A DNA stretch of 64,000 nt from Felis catus (taxonomy: Eukaryota). Location: the NCBI RefSeq assembly GCF_018350175.1, contig NC_058368.1, forward strand, positions 147,314,001 through 147,378,000, in the 5' to 3' direction. Both the position numbers and the translations under genes were made by a program. The notes beneath the pieces were generated by a model, which was given only the letters and a program-made list of their open reading frames with translations, was not told the origin of the DNA and did no database searches. Position 1 is the stretch's first letter; each line of letters opens with the position of its first letter. Positions 51,752 through 64,000 of this stretch are shown here, piece after piece.

Positions 51752-52255
51752 TAGAATAAGTTTCACAATGTAAGTTTGGCTTTTGGTTTTATATATACTT
51801 AACATTCTGTTACTTTATCTAAATGAATTTACTTAAACTTAGCCATTAACAATAATAGAGTGTTTTGTTAATTTTTTCTTCGTTTAAATTAAAAAAAAAA
51901 AAGAGCTTGATTAAGCAAATTGCTGCTTGAGTTTTGTACACTGTTTCTTTCCAGAACATACCCTTTCCCACCTCCTCAAGGGTGAGAGATGACATCCTCT
52001 AATTCTTTATTTTTCAATTTTCTCTTCAATAAGCTCTTTCTGGCCAGTACATGCTGACACATGCTCATGTCAAATACATTTTCTCCCCGTGATTCATTCA
52101 GTCACTCTTTTACTCCTTGCAAACTTTTGTCTGTCCCAGGAACCAAAGGCCACTTGGTTGTAAATCTAGTGGGTATTCCATACCCCTTAGCGCACCTGAC
52201 TTTCTGTCAGCAACTGACACGGTTGACCACTCTCTGAATCTTAGAACACTTTCTT

Positions 52256-52773
52256 CTTAAGCAAAATTTACCAGTTGAAAATGTGGCTCTTTTAGGATTA
52301 TTTTAGGCTGATTATTTTTAAGAAACAGAAGAATCCAAAAGTTCTTTTCTTTGCCTTCCCCAACTGCCTAAAAAATTTTAGACAGAGGACCTGTCCCAGG
52401 AAAGATGCTGTCACCATAGAGAATTCTAGTATAGTATGAACTAGGTGTGTAAGACAGGGAAGATCAAAGTCTTCCCTATCTCCCATTGTTTTTCAACGGC
52501 TCTGCAAACATTTGTTTGCCAAACATTTACTCTTTCCATTCTTCCTATCAATCGCCTTCCTTCCCATTGAAGCTCCAGACTCCTACCTCCTTCTCCTTAC
52601 TCAAGAATATATACCTCATTTTGCCTGTCTTTGGAATCTCTCTGGTTTATGTGAATCCCCTGTAGGTATGTAATTAATTTTGACTTACTCCTATTAATCT
52701 GCCTAATGTCAATTTAATTCTCAGACCAGTGAGAAGAACATTAAAGGATAGGAAAAAATCTCCTCTCCCAAAA
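52256..52773 (+). mobile_element. MER34-like ERV1 solo LTR
   Basis: ggattattttaggctgattatttttaagaaacag 5' motif and aatttaattctcagaccag 3' motif; sits within an L2 remnant. Confidence 0.7.
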
Positions 52774-53085
52774 TAGCATTCACTCCTTTTTCATCTTTCC
52801 ATTACTCTGACTAATCTCTCCAGCTATTCTTTCAAACATTATTTCTTTACCAGAAGCAAATAGTTTACTGAAGTAAGTAGTAATAATTTCAGACACCTCC
52901 AACTCTTAAGTTAAGAAACTGCTTAAGCACTAAAATATATTGAAGAAATGAAAACCTTAATATATGAATTGTATACACTTCCAGATAAACATCCTAAACA
53001 TCCATAATAAGTAATGTCATTTTATTACGCCTCTGCCTAATAAGAAGAATTAAAAACAAACTCTTTGTGCCTTCTAATTAACATA

Positions 53086-53487
53086 TTGTAGAAAATCTAT
53101 TGGTGGGCCACTGAAATCTTTCTTCAGGAACAAAGCATTCATTTTTCCCCATTTGGGAATACTGGCTCTGGAAAGCTCAAAAGTTAATTCCTCCTCAGTA
53201 ACTGTCCTGGCCAAGGGAGCTGCCTCACTGGAGATTGCACTCCCTCCCTTAGGAAAGCCCACAGGGTTGATGCTGGAGTACAAAAGTGCAGGCCCTAGCT
53301 TCAATGCCACACAACATGGAAGGGCCATCCCAGCTTCAGAGCTGCCCATGTCTGAGACCTCTTTTATACCCTTGCCATAGTCAATCTCTCCTTCTGCCTA
53401 TGTCTTCTTCTCTTAATCCCTGGAAATGCTCTTCCTACATGCAGATCTCCATTTTAGGGTCTGGTGTCTGGGAGTCCCATCTGGACA
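53086..53487 (+). mobile_element. ERVL solo LTR (LTR33/LTR16-like)
   Basis: gaagggccatcccagcttcagagct and catgcagatctccattttagggtctg motifs; TG...CA ends. Confidence 0.65.
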
Positions 53488-53871
53488 TATAGCATCTGTA
53501 ATACTTAAGATATTGAATATCTATGCTATTTTAAGCATTCAGTTTCAATCCTTGAACAGACTGCTTGCTGAATGCTTACTATTTTGGCTTTACTGTGACT
53601 ACAGTATTTAAACTAAAATATTCTCTACAATAGAACATTATAGCCAAAAGAGTTTGCTCATATTATAATCTGCTTGATAATCCAACTTATAGTTTTAATA
53701 TGGAACAACAACAACAAAACTGCAAGGTATTGTCTATTCAACAGTGAGGATATGTGACATTTAGAATCCTGCAAATTACTCAGGAACTGCTTATAGAATT
53801 GAACAGAACTAAAGAGAGAAAAGAGCTCATAGCTTTATATTCAGCTAAATCAATTAAGAGTTACTGTTTCT

Positions 53872-54076
53872 GGAGCACCTGCATGGTTTAGTCGGTTAAA
53901 CATCCAACTCTCGGTTTTGGCTCAGGTCATGATCTCATGGCTGGTGAGTTCGAGCCCTGCCTAGGGTTCTGTACTGGCAGCATGGAGCCTGCTTGGGATT
54001 CTCTATCTCCCTCTTTCTCTGCCCCTTCCCTGCTAGCTTCCTGTCTCTCTCTCAAAATAAATAAACATTTTACAAA
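53872..54076 (+). mobile_element. Can-SINE (older)
   Basis: TSD aagagttact(g/a)tttct at 53856-53871 and 54077-54092. Confidence 0.92.
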
Positions 54077-54173
54077 AAGAGTTACTATTTCTACTTACTA
54101 AATTTATTTTCATTATTTTCACCAGAATATTATCTAAATTATATTGAGACATTTAATTATGTTTTAGTCATGT

Positions 54174-54209
54174 ACACACACACACACACACACACACAAG
54201 CACACACAA
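54174..54209. repeat. (CA)n microsatellite
   Basis: Interrupted ca run. Confidence 0.9.
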
Positions 54210-54242
54210 CTGGCTTGCCTGAATATATTTAAAGAATACTTG

Positions 54243-54472
54243 GGGGCACCTGGGTGGCGCAGTCGGTTAAGCGTCCGACTTCAGCCAGGTCACGATCTCG
54301 CGGTCCGTGAGTTCGAGCCCCGCGTCGGGCTCTGGGCTGATGGCTCAGAGCCTGGAGCCTGTTTCCGATTCTGTGTCTCCCTCTCTCTCTGCCCCTCCCC
54401 CGTTCATGCTCTGTCTCTCTCTGTCCCAAAAATAAATAAAAACGTTGAAAGAAAAAAAAATTAAAAAAAAAA
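54243..54472 (+). mobile_element. Young SINEC_Fc-type SINE
   Basis: TSD aaagaatacttg at 54231-54242 and 54473-54484. Confidence 0.96.
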
Positions 54473-54964
54473 AAAGAATACTTGAACAAAGGGATAAATT
54501 AACTTTTGAAGACAGAGGTAGAGGTTATCAGGTTGAATATTTGAAAATCCATGTATTTGTCCTTTTCAAAAGATTTATTTAAAGCAAAACAACCATGAAA
54601 TATAGAAAACAAAGTGATGGCATATAACAAAGCTATTCCACTTAATGAAAAGCAATAGAAACATAAATATCAAACCAAAATGGATTTTAGACAAAAATCT
54701 ACACAATGGTTATAAAGTAAATCAAAAGCAGCCAAGAAGTTACAAAATTGTCATGTATACACATAACACAACCCCAGGTGTAAAGAAAACAATAATTGAA
54801 AAACTGTACAGCATAAAACGTATAGAAAACGTTGTTATATTTTATGGTCCCCTTCGTGCATATATAAAAAAACAAAACAAAACACACATATACCAATAGG
54901 TTTACTAAGATATTGCTTAACAACAGCAACAACAAAAAACTCAGAAAATGTACTAGAACTTTAC

Positions 54965-55345
54965 TGCTCAGTGTAGTGTTACTAGCCACAGTGACTATAT
55001 AAATTTAAAGTTAAAAATAAAATCACAAGTATATATTCAGTTCTTCAGTCACACTAACCACATTTATTTTTTTAATTAATTAATTTTGAGAGAGAGACAG
55101 ACAGAGAGAATCCCAAGGGGGCTCTGCACTGCCAGCACAAAGCGATGCAGGGCTTGAACCCAGGAACTGTGGCATCATGACCTGAGCTTGAAATCTACAG
55201 TCGGATGCTTAACCAACTGAGCCACCCAGGTGCCCCACACTAACCACATTTAAATGCTCAATTTGCCCTAAGGCTGCCTATCTTATTATATGCATAGGTT
55301 ACAGAATATTTTCATCATCAGAGAAAGTTGAATTTGACATACTTT
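54965..55345. mobile_element. MER3-like hAT-Charlie MITE
   Basis: ttcagttcttcagtcacactaaccacattt|aaatgctcaat and agaatattttcatcatcagagaaagtt motifs; split by a SINE. Confidence 0.75.
55067..55236 (-). mobile_element. Can-SINE nested in the MER3-like element
   Basis: Perfect TSD acactaaccacattta at 55051-55066 and 55237-55252. Confidence 0.92.
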
Positions 55346-55706
55346 TTCAGAGTATGTCAAACTTTTAACAGAGAAAAAAACAAGGATTTGGGGTATTTAT
55401 TGAAGACAAAAACTTGTTTTCCACTATTTCCTGATTTTTTTAAAAAAAGAATGGAATTCATAGATTAAATTGTGTACTTAAAAGTACTTTTTAAAAAGGA
55501 ATTACCACTTATCACAGAATTGATCACTTTAATGAACGATTCTATGCATGCTAATTTTCCAGATATTTATGCTTACATAAATTTTGTCCTAAATCATATG
55601 CTACAGCTGGAAGAACATTTATGCACACCAGACCTGTTAAGTGTTTTACTAAACTCTTATTGTTACAGGTGAACTGAATCAGAAACATTGTATCCTGATA
55701 CCCAGG

Positions 55707-56058
55707 TGTTTGGAACCAAATTGTGTCCCCCAAAATTCATATATTGAAGTCCTAACCACAGTAACTCAACAAAATTATTGTATTTGGAAAGAGGGTCTCT
55801 AAAGAAGAAAACAATTTAAAATGAGGTCATTAGGATGGGCCCTAACCCAATATGACTCACAAAATTTGGATGCAAAAATGTAAAGAGGGAAGACCCCATG
55901 AAGATCACGGGGAAAAGACGGCCATCTACCAGCCCGGGAGTGAGATCTCATAATCTTGATCTCAGATTTTTACCCTCCAGAACTGTAAGAAAATAAATTT
56001 CCATTGTTTAAACCACCTAATCTGTGGTACTTTGCTATGGCAGCCCTAACGAACTCAG
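55707..56058 (+). mobile_element. MLT1A/B-like MaLR solo LTR
   Basis: aattgtgtcccccaaaattcatatattgaagtcctaacc...cctccagaactgtaagaaaataaattt...tatggcagcccta. Confidence 0.88.
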
Positions 56059-56689
56059 TTCCACGCTTGACATCTTTTTGTTACACCATGCTCTCTCTCA
56101 TGCCTATCTGATCAACAATGGTTGTGCACATCAATGTGCTGATCATATTATTTATCAAAAAAACAACCCCTCAAAATTATAACATCCAAAATTTAGAGCT
56201 TGTTTTCAGAATGAAATATTAAAGGGCTCTCTGAGTTTCAGAATCCATCTAACACTGAATAGGATACAGTGTTCTGGAGCCAGGAAAGTATTCATTCTTT
56301 ATTAATGCTTTTTTGTTTAGTTCTGTCTGCTGTGTACAGAAGAAAGAGGACAGAAGCATGGCACAGATTTTCACAGCATATTGTCAAGCCAACAGCATTG
56401 ATACAAACTCTCTGTGGCAAAAGAGCAGCTATCAGTGTTTATCATTAATGGCTGAAGATAAAAAGATTAGGAAGCTAAAATTGCATCCTCGCTATTTTAA
56501 AATATTTTTGAAAATATCCTATCATTAAAATATTTGGCTCTCAGACTATATACTCTTAGTGATTTCACAGACTGATGAATATATCAGATAACAGAAACCC
56601 ATGGGTACATTGGGCAAACCAAGGGTTATTGCTAACAACACAATTACAACTATTGTTGTATTTATTTACTTAACAAACTCACAGCACTT

Positions 56690-56885
56690 CGCAAAGTCAA
56701 TTAAGTTAATTTTTAAATGTTCCTAAAAACTCTATGAGCTAACACTGTTATCACCCAATTTTACAGTTGAGAAACCTAAATTCCACGGAGCTTGAATAAA
56801 TTTCTCAGGGTTGCTGAAGCATTGTCAGCATTTGAACCCATGTTCTCTAGCTGTAGAGTGTGTGCTCTTGACCACTGGGCTATAG
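56690..56885 (-). mobile_element. MIR SINE
   Basis: cccaattttacagttgagaaac...atttgaaccca...gctcttgaccact. Confidence 0.75.
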
Positions 56886-57229
56886 TTTTATTTCCAAATG
56901 GCCCTGCTGACACTTCTTTTCAAGCACAGACTTGCCCATGTATAAGAGAAAATGAACCATGTCAAGTTCAATCCACCTGTGTCCCAGTTAAATCTTTAAA
57001 CAAAGGCAAAATTTTAAATCTGGCAAATCTATAGCCTTAAGGGAGACATTTTCAGGTTGTATTGTGGTAAAACATTCAAGGAAGTGATTACCATACAAAA
57101 TGAATATAATGTTTCCTTTGCAATTGGGAGAAGAGGGAAGGGAGGGCTGTGGTTAGAAAGGAGCCTTGGAGATCATGCACTTGTCTAGAGCTTTTCAGAC
57201 CAGCGATGGTTATAAGAATTTCCTCTTTT

Positions 57230-57454
57230 AAAAAAAAATTTTTTTAACATTTATTTATTTTTGAGACAGAGAGAGACAGAGCATGAACGGGGGGGGGGGG
57301 GGAGCAGAGACAGAGGGAGACACAGAATCGGAAACAGGCTCCAGGCTCTGAGCCATCAGCCCAGAGCCCGACGCGGGGCTTGAACTCACGGACCGCGAGA
57401 TCGTGACCTGAGCTGAAGTCGGACGCTTAACTGACTGAGCCACCCAGGCGCCCC
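57230..57454 (-). mobile_element. Young SINEC_Fc-type SINE
   Basis: Perfect TSD ataagaatttcctctttt at 57212-57229 and 57455-57472; internal G homopolymer. Confidence 0.96.
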
Positions 57455-58439
57455 ATAAGAATTTCCTCTTTTAAATAATTCATCCATTCCGTTGCATATT
57501 TGTTTTTATTCACTTTTATGTTTGTATGTAATTTTTCACAGCAAAATCCTAATATATTCATATACAAATACATACAAATACATCTTCTTTTGGATTTGCT
57601 AGAAACAGAAGAATGCTGTATATCCCATCTGCAAGTGTTTATATGAAATATATGAAGTATAGCAGCATCCAAAATGTAAGTCAAAATTAAATACTGTGAA
57701 ATCACAGGTTCCTTTTTAAAACTGCATGTACCATAATGATCATAAAGTAAGTCATCATCCAGATGGCAACACTGTAAGAAATTCTAACTGGCCACCTATA
57801 TCCCACAATTATTACTAAAGAAATAAACTATTTTGAAACTAATTTATCATTAGAGTTTAGTCTTGACAGATACGTGCCACATACATACACACACACGTAT
57901 GTACATGCATATCTCATGCATAGCTCACTCAAGTACTATACCAATTAAAGGGATTTTTATAATTAAAAAAAAACTCCACAAACTGGAACCCATTCATATT
58001 ATCTGAAAGCATTTTAAACAACCACATAGATTTTCCAGTTAGGAAATATAGTGGCCAACATTTAGTGGCTAATCTTTATTGAGTGATTACTGCACGTTAG
58101 ATGCTGTGGTCATACATTTGTGCATTACCTCCCTAAACCCCAATAATGAATTAAGCATCATTATCCTCATATTACAGAACCCAGAGGTTAATAACATGCC
58201 AATGTTATACTGCAGGTACATGTTGACTCTAGGATCCATATGGAAAAAGCCCTACTTCCAAGACTTCATGTCACTACATAGAAGCAAAAGCAAATTTGAA
58301 GTGTGCCAGTAAATTGAGTAGAATGCACATTAGAGTATATTTAAATATTTATACATTTCAAAAAGTATATTTATCTGGAGCATTTATACAATTCCCACAG
58401 ATGTCGTGTAAGGAATTCAGTACAAGAATAGCGGCCAGA

Positions 58440-58666
58440 GGGGGCGCCTGGGTGGCGCAGTCGGTTAAGCGTCTGACTTCAGCCAGATCACGATCTCGCG
58501 GTCCGTGAGTTCGAGCCCCGCGTCAGGCTCTGGGCTGATGGCTGGGAGCCTGGAGCCTGTTTCTGATTCTGTGTCTCCCTCTCTCTCTGCCCCTCCCCCG
58601 TTCATGCTCTGTCTCTCTCTGTCCCAAAAATAAATAAAAAACGTTGAAAAAAAATTTTTTTTAAAA
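58440..58666 (+). mobile_element. Young SINEC_Fc-type SINE
   Basis: TSD aagaatag(c/t)ggccaga at 58424-58439 and 58667-58682. Confidence 0.96.
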
Positions 58667-59539
58667 AAGAATAGTGGCCAGAAAAGAAAAAGGCAGAAGA
58701 CTCAGCAGTCATGAGAAAATGGAAAATTTTAGTTTTTTTCCTCTTCCTATGCCACACTAATAACATAAAGGAAATTAAAGGAAAATGTTTTTGCATACAT
58801 AACTTCCAAGAATAACAACTATGTAAGTGTGAATATGTAGGTGTGTCTGTTTTAACCCACAGATTAGTATGTCGCTTGAAGGAAGGATGTACTCTAAAAT
58901 AACATTAGATCTCATTCTTGCTCTAAGAACATGAACCCAAAGGAAATTATGTAAAGTAATTCAGACAATGGTGTTTATGCATAACAGCAAATTTAGCAAT
59001 TCTGTTTAACAGACTTTTTAACTGTTTAACAATGGGATATTACAGCATACCCATCATAAAGATTAACTAAATTATATTGTTAAGACTTTATTCTTTTGAA
59101 TATTCAACAAAGATTTCACGTGTAAAGTAGAAAAAAGGCATACCTACTAACTTTTCCTAAATTTAATGACTAATTTCTGAAAGCTAAATCCAGAGTTCAT
59201 TGCTTCATTTTAAAATATCAATGAATAATAATTAACAATATGGCTCTTTAGTTTAAATATATTGCTCTTAAAAGACACAACTACAAACTTTTCCAATTTA
59301 AAACACAATAAGGCAGACTGCTATTCACTGCCACGGTTTATTACATAAATAAAAATTTGAGTTGAATTATTCCCCTAGGTTTCTTAACTTCCACAACCAC
59401 CATTTACTGTATTGTAATAGAAAGATTTTCAAAGCCCAAAGACTTTGTCTCCATGTGAACACTGACTCAAATTATCAGTAATCAAATAGGGTCAGTAAAC
59501 AAATATAACACTTGTTACAGACATGTGACAGAAGTTAGT

Positions 59540-59745
59540 GTATCTTTGCTACAGAGCTGGGTTTCACCACTTTATGCCTGGTCCACATTTATAGTTACTT
59601 TATCTCTTCTAGTCTTGGTTTCCTCATTTGTAAAGTGAGAATAATCAGTTACTGCCTAAATTTATTATAAGGATAAATTTAGACTACACAAAAAACAACA
59701 ACATTTGCATCTGGCACATAGTAGGCAGTTTATACTTGGCAGTTA
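59540..59745 (+). mobile_element. MIR SINE
   Basis: ggtttcctcatttgtaaagtgagaataat core and tctggcacatagtagg tail. Confidence 0.75.
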
Positions 59746-60997
59746 CTTTTTTTCCCAACTCTTACAAGGATTAGGTAGTTACAGAAAAGATATTAAACTC
59801 CTTCCCTTCTTCCTTACCCCAGGGCATTCTCTTCCTTTCTAGCTCTCTACATGCTTCGAGCTCCAGGCAGTGAAGTTCAGACCAGCAAAGTAAGCACCTT
59901 ATTACTGTTGCATCAGTGTTTCCTTTTAGTTAGGTATTTCAGTGATTTTTAGGGATAAAATTTATATTCCAGAATAAGTTTGTCCTATTCTGAATTTCCC
60001 ACAGGACCTAGGAGAGTGACGCATACTCAGTGAACATTAAATACATATTTTGAAATGAAAATGAAACTATTTGTATCTGAAGAGCACAAGGTATTTATTT
60101 CTCATTTTGAGAAACTTAATGCAATTTCAAATTGTTAAAGTTAATAATACAAGCTAATTTTTTACGTCATCTAAACTTGAAACAAAGCTGAAGTTTGAGT
60201 TGGTGTTTTAAATGAAGGCACCTAAGGGAAACTTGTCATGACCATGTGATGTCTGCCCTAATTCACTGGTTACAGGACTGCAGAAACTGTGCTGGCCAAG
60301 TTCATATGTAATCTCTGCATCATGAAAGCAATGGTCACACCGTTGTCTTCCACTCAAATTGGACATAACTGACCTCTCCATCCTTAAAACCACTCTCCTC
60401 TCATGGTTGCCACCATCCACTGGTTTCCCTCTTGCCTCAGTGAATACTGGTTCTCAATCTTTATGGTGGGGGCATCTCAGCGTTCAATACTGTGCTGCTT
60501 CTTCAACTATACAGCACATTCTCTCTGGGCCACCTTGGATAACCTCACTTGCAAGCTGCCAACTAGCCACTGTAACATTTAAATCTGCACCAAAGAAGAG
60601 AGTCATAATCAGCATATGGAATCTTTAACAAATGTCTGAGAAACCTAATGAGCTTGTGCTCAGAGATTCAATACTAGAAAGACATCTTTGTTCTGAACAT
60701 TGTTAACAAGCTGCACTGGAGTTAGAGTGGTTCTGCCTCTGGAATGCACTAACAGGTGGTAGATAGAAAGGCAGGTACAATCTTTGTCATATGTGGTAGA
60801 ACTCCAATGTCCAAAGTTGTTGAACTAAGAGATGGTGGGAGACATATACTGCATAATAGCGTGTAGGCTCACGCCAGAAGGAGCTAAAGCAGGTGAAAGA
60901 GATGCCTAGAGCAACAGGATAAGGCTGGGAACCACTATTTCCTCTATTAAGATTTTTGGCATTATTTGGTACATCTTAAAAGCAATATGCATTATTA

Positions 60998-61034
60998 ATT
61001 ATACATATATATTTCATATATATAGATTTCATAT
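60998..61034. repeat. (TA)n microsatellite
   Basis: Interrupted ta run. Confidence 0.9.
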
Positions 61035-61654
61035 ATATATATATATATATATATGGAATGCCATTTAATGCAAATATAATACTCATTGTAGATGCTATTT
61101 CTTTGAGATCTCCATTCCCTATATATCCCTACAAAAATATATGCTATCATTAAGGCTGTCCCAATAATTCTAACTCTTAAATTGATTTTTTCCCTACAGC
61201 AGAAAATCTTTTCTCCATCTTTTGAATGTATCTTCCATTCTCTCAATATAAATTTATATGTAATTATTTCAATTTTATAATTGCTTCCTGTTGTTCTAAG
61301 TAGTCTCAATTGACTATATATTTTTTACACACAAAGTTCAGTTTTTCTTAGAGTTAGCAATTGCTTTGTTTTCTTTACATGTGCTTAGTGATTCTTGTAT
61401 GTACATCTCTATTTCAGTTACAATTCAGAATGGATAGGATGTGAATGCATATGATCCACTAACCACCTGGACTCCAAGGCACTTAAGTTTTTATTTGTCT
61501 ACAGGTCAGTCCTTATTAACCAATAAATCTGAAACATTCTGCATATCATAACATATTGGAAATTTTATGCACACACACACACATATACATACACACATAC
61601 ATTTTTAAAATCTACCCTTTTGGTCTTAATTTGCCAACATTTTCCATGTATTAT

Positions 61655-62146
61655 GGACTCGAAACAACACAAATTCATTTTCTTATGGTTCTATAGGTTA
61701 GTAGTTTGACCTAGTTATCACTGGATTAAAATCAAGGTGTCAGCAGGATTGCATTCCCTTCTGGATGCTAAAGGGAAGAATCTGATTTGGATGCCTTTTC
61801 CAGTTTCTACATGCTGTCTGCAATACTTTGCCCTTGGCCCCCTTCCCCTACCTTCAAAATCAGCAGCACTGCACCTTTCTGACCATTCTCCTATGGTTAC
61901 ATCTTCCTCTCTTCTGAACTCAGCTATAAAATGTTCTCTGATTTTAAGGGCCAATGTGATTAGGTTGGGACCACTTGGATATTCCAAGATGGGCCCCTCA
62001 TCATAAGGTGGTGGGCTCCTCATCACTAAGCACATGAAAACCTTAACCTTAATCACATCTGCAAAGTGCCAAGGAAACATATTCACGGGTCCCTTGAATT
62101 AAGAAGGATGTTGACATCTTTTGGAGACCATTATTCTGCCTACCAC
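61655..62146 (-). mobile_element. MLT1D-like MaLR solo LTR
   Basis: aaaatcaaggtgtcagcagg...aatcacatctgcaaagt...ccattattctgcctaccaca, reverse-complement MLT1D. Confidence 0.88.
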
Positions 62147-64000
62147 ACTCAGTATTATTGACGCAATCTTATCAATAAAAACACTTAGCAATGGGTATAC
62201 TGTATGATCTAAGTAAATTACTTTATTTCCTGAGTTGTATGTCTATAATATATAGTTAACTATGATTTTAAGAAAAACAAAATGTATATTCTAATAGCAT
62301 TGACAGAAATCCATCCTTAAGAAATATTTAAGAAAAAATGTAAATAATAACTCAATTGCATAATGTATCCATTTACAAAGCATAATCACAATCATACAAT
62401 TAATAGACAGCAATATTTCTGTGCCATCAGGAAGTGATAGAACCCAGACTACATTAGAACTCAGGTATTCTGACTTGAAGCCAATCATATATGCTCACAG
62501 GCACATGTGTGCATATGTGCACACACATACACACACACACATCTCATGAAATATTTTAGAAATTTTACAGAATCATATGGAATCAGAAGAAAAAGTCAAA
62601 TGCAAACTCATGAAGTAAAATGAATCCAACAGCATGAACTATAAATGGTAGTTATTATGACAGGACAAATTTTAGACTTGCCAATCTCAAAATAAGCCTG
62701 TTAAATCAAGTCACAAGCAATACAGTATACCCTTATTCTTGTAAGACTTAGTATTTGCTTGCTACAGCGAGCCAAAGGCAGAAATAGAATGGTCTGATTC
62801 TTGCCTGCTAAAATATGTCAGCCTCTATCCTGTCACATAAATCACAATTATCATTACTTTAACAAAAACCTGTCATACTTGTAGTAAAAACTGAAACTAT
62901 GATTGTAAATCAAGTTCTGGGCCACTGTGACTTCCGACTTTGTGAAGCAATCATTAATCAAGTAAATTCTATATTTAAAAAAATCAACAAGACCAAACTC
63001 TTCCTCTTGTGATGATCTTTGCTGATCCTTTCAAGGAATGTATCAGTAATTCTTTAGCATTGTTTGGTCCAAAGTAGATAAAGAAGATATGAAGATGAAA
63101 AGAAAACAGCAATTCTAAGTCTTTCTTCACTTTCTTCACTTACTTCACCAGATGTATGTGTTTTTGTGTGTTTTTTCCCTCCTAACTAGAGACTCCATAG
63201 TTTCCAACACATTATCAAAGTAGTGTGAGACACAGAAAGTTAAGATCCATCCTATGCTGACTTGAAATAGTTGCAGAGGACAACATTAAAATAATGTTTT
63301 AATTGGTGCAAATATTTTATCCATAAAGGGTGTGGAATATATAGAGAATATATCTGTGTAATGTCTGTCTCAAAAAATTGCCTTTTAGTGTAATTATAAA
63401 TTTGATTTGTAGCTTCCTGAGAGATTTAGTGTTAATCATAGAGCCTTCATTCTATTATCAGTTCCATTGTAATGTTTTACTGTTTTTTAATGCATTTACA
63501 TTAGCACATTAGTAACTGCACACGGTTTTTAGCAATACTTGAAATCTGAACTACTTTATTTTAAAAGGAATAGTTGTATCCTGTAGAAAGTTCAGTATGG
63601 ATTTATTTTCTTCATTTCTCAGAAATGCCCATGAAATGTCATTTTCCAAAGTCTTTCCTGTGTTATCTATCTCCATTACATGTCTTCTATTCTAGGCAAT
63701 ATCATCATCTCACCAGCTAGTGATTTTGAGCCCATGGGGACAATAGCAAAAACTAGTTCAATCAAGGTAGAAAGTAGACAATCCTCAACATTTATGGAGA
63801 ATATTGACATGGCTACCAAAACCCAATGAACAACATTTATTTTTATGCAGGGTAAAAATATTTTATTCAATGTCTCCTATGTGTGTTGCACTGTGCTATC
63901 ATGATGCTCACAATATAGTTAAGGAGCTCCTAAGTGAGCCATCTTAGAGATGGGTGATTTCTCCTCTTCAGAGAATTCCTCCACCTACATTTGCCATACC

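Overview
This window is AT-rich, repeat-rich mammalian DNA, almost certainly from a felid: it carries many tRNA-derived Can-SINEs of the SINEC_Fc type and two near-identical felid-type L1 3' ends. It is mostly intronic. The only supportable coding sequence is one 129-bp phase 1-1 exon on the minus strand (15146-15274) encoding an EGF-like domain, (G)[42 protein letters not shown], which I recognise as exon 2 of EDIL3 (Del-1). That makes 15275-64000 intron 1 and 1-15145 intron 2. None of the ORF-track entries is a credible standalone gene. The rest is about 20 Can-SINEs (most with readable target-site duplications, TSDs), L1/L2/MIR fragments, LTR remnants, hAT DNA-transposon relics and microsatellites. 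The least ordinary items are: (i) a ~1 kb insert splitting an L2, carrying degraded CR1/L3-like endonuclease and possibly ORF1 motifs; (ii) a dense young-SINE cluster at 42.5-46.3 kb with a ~98% identical inverted pair 208 bp apart and a target site used twice; (iii) a three-level L2/hAT/solo-LTR nest. I did not find evidence of a genuinely new biological system. Repeat family names come from recalled consensus sequences and need RepeatMasker/Dfam confirmation.
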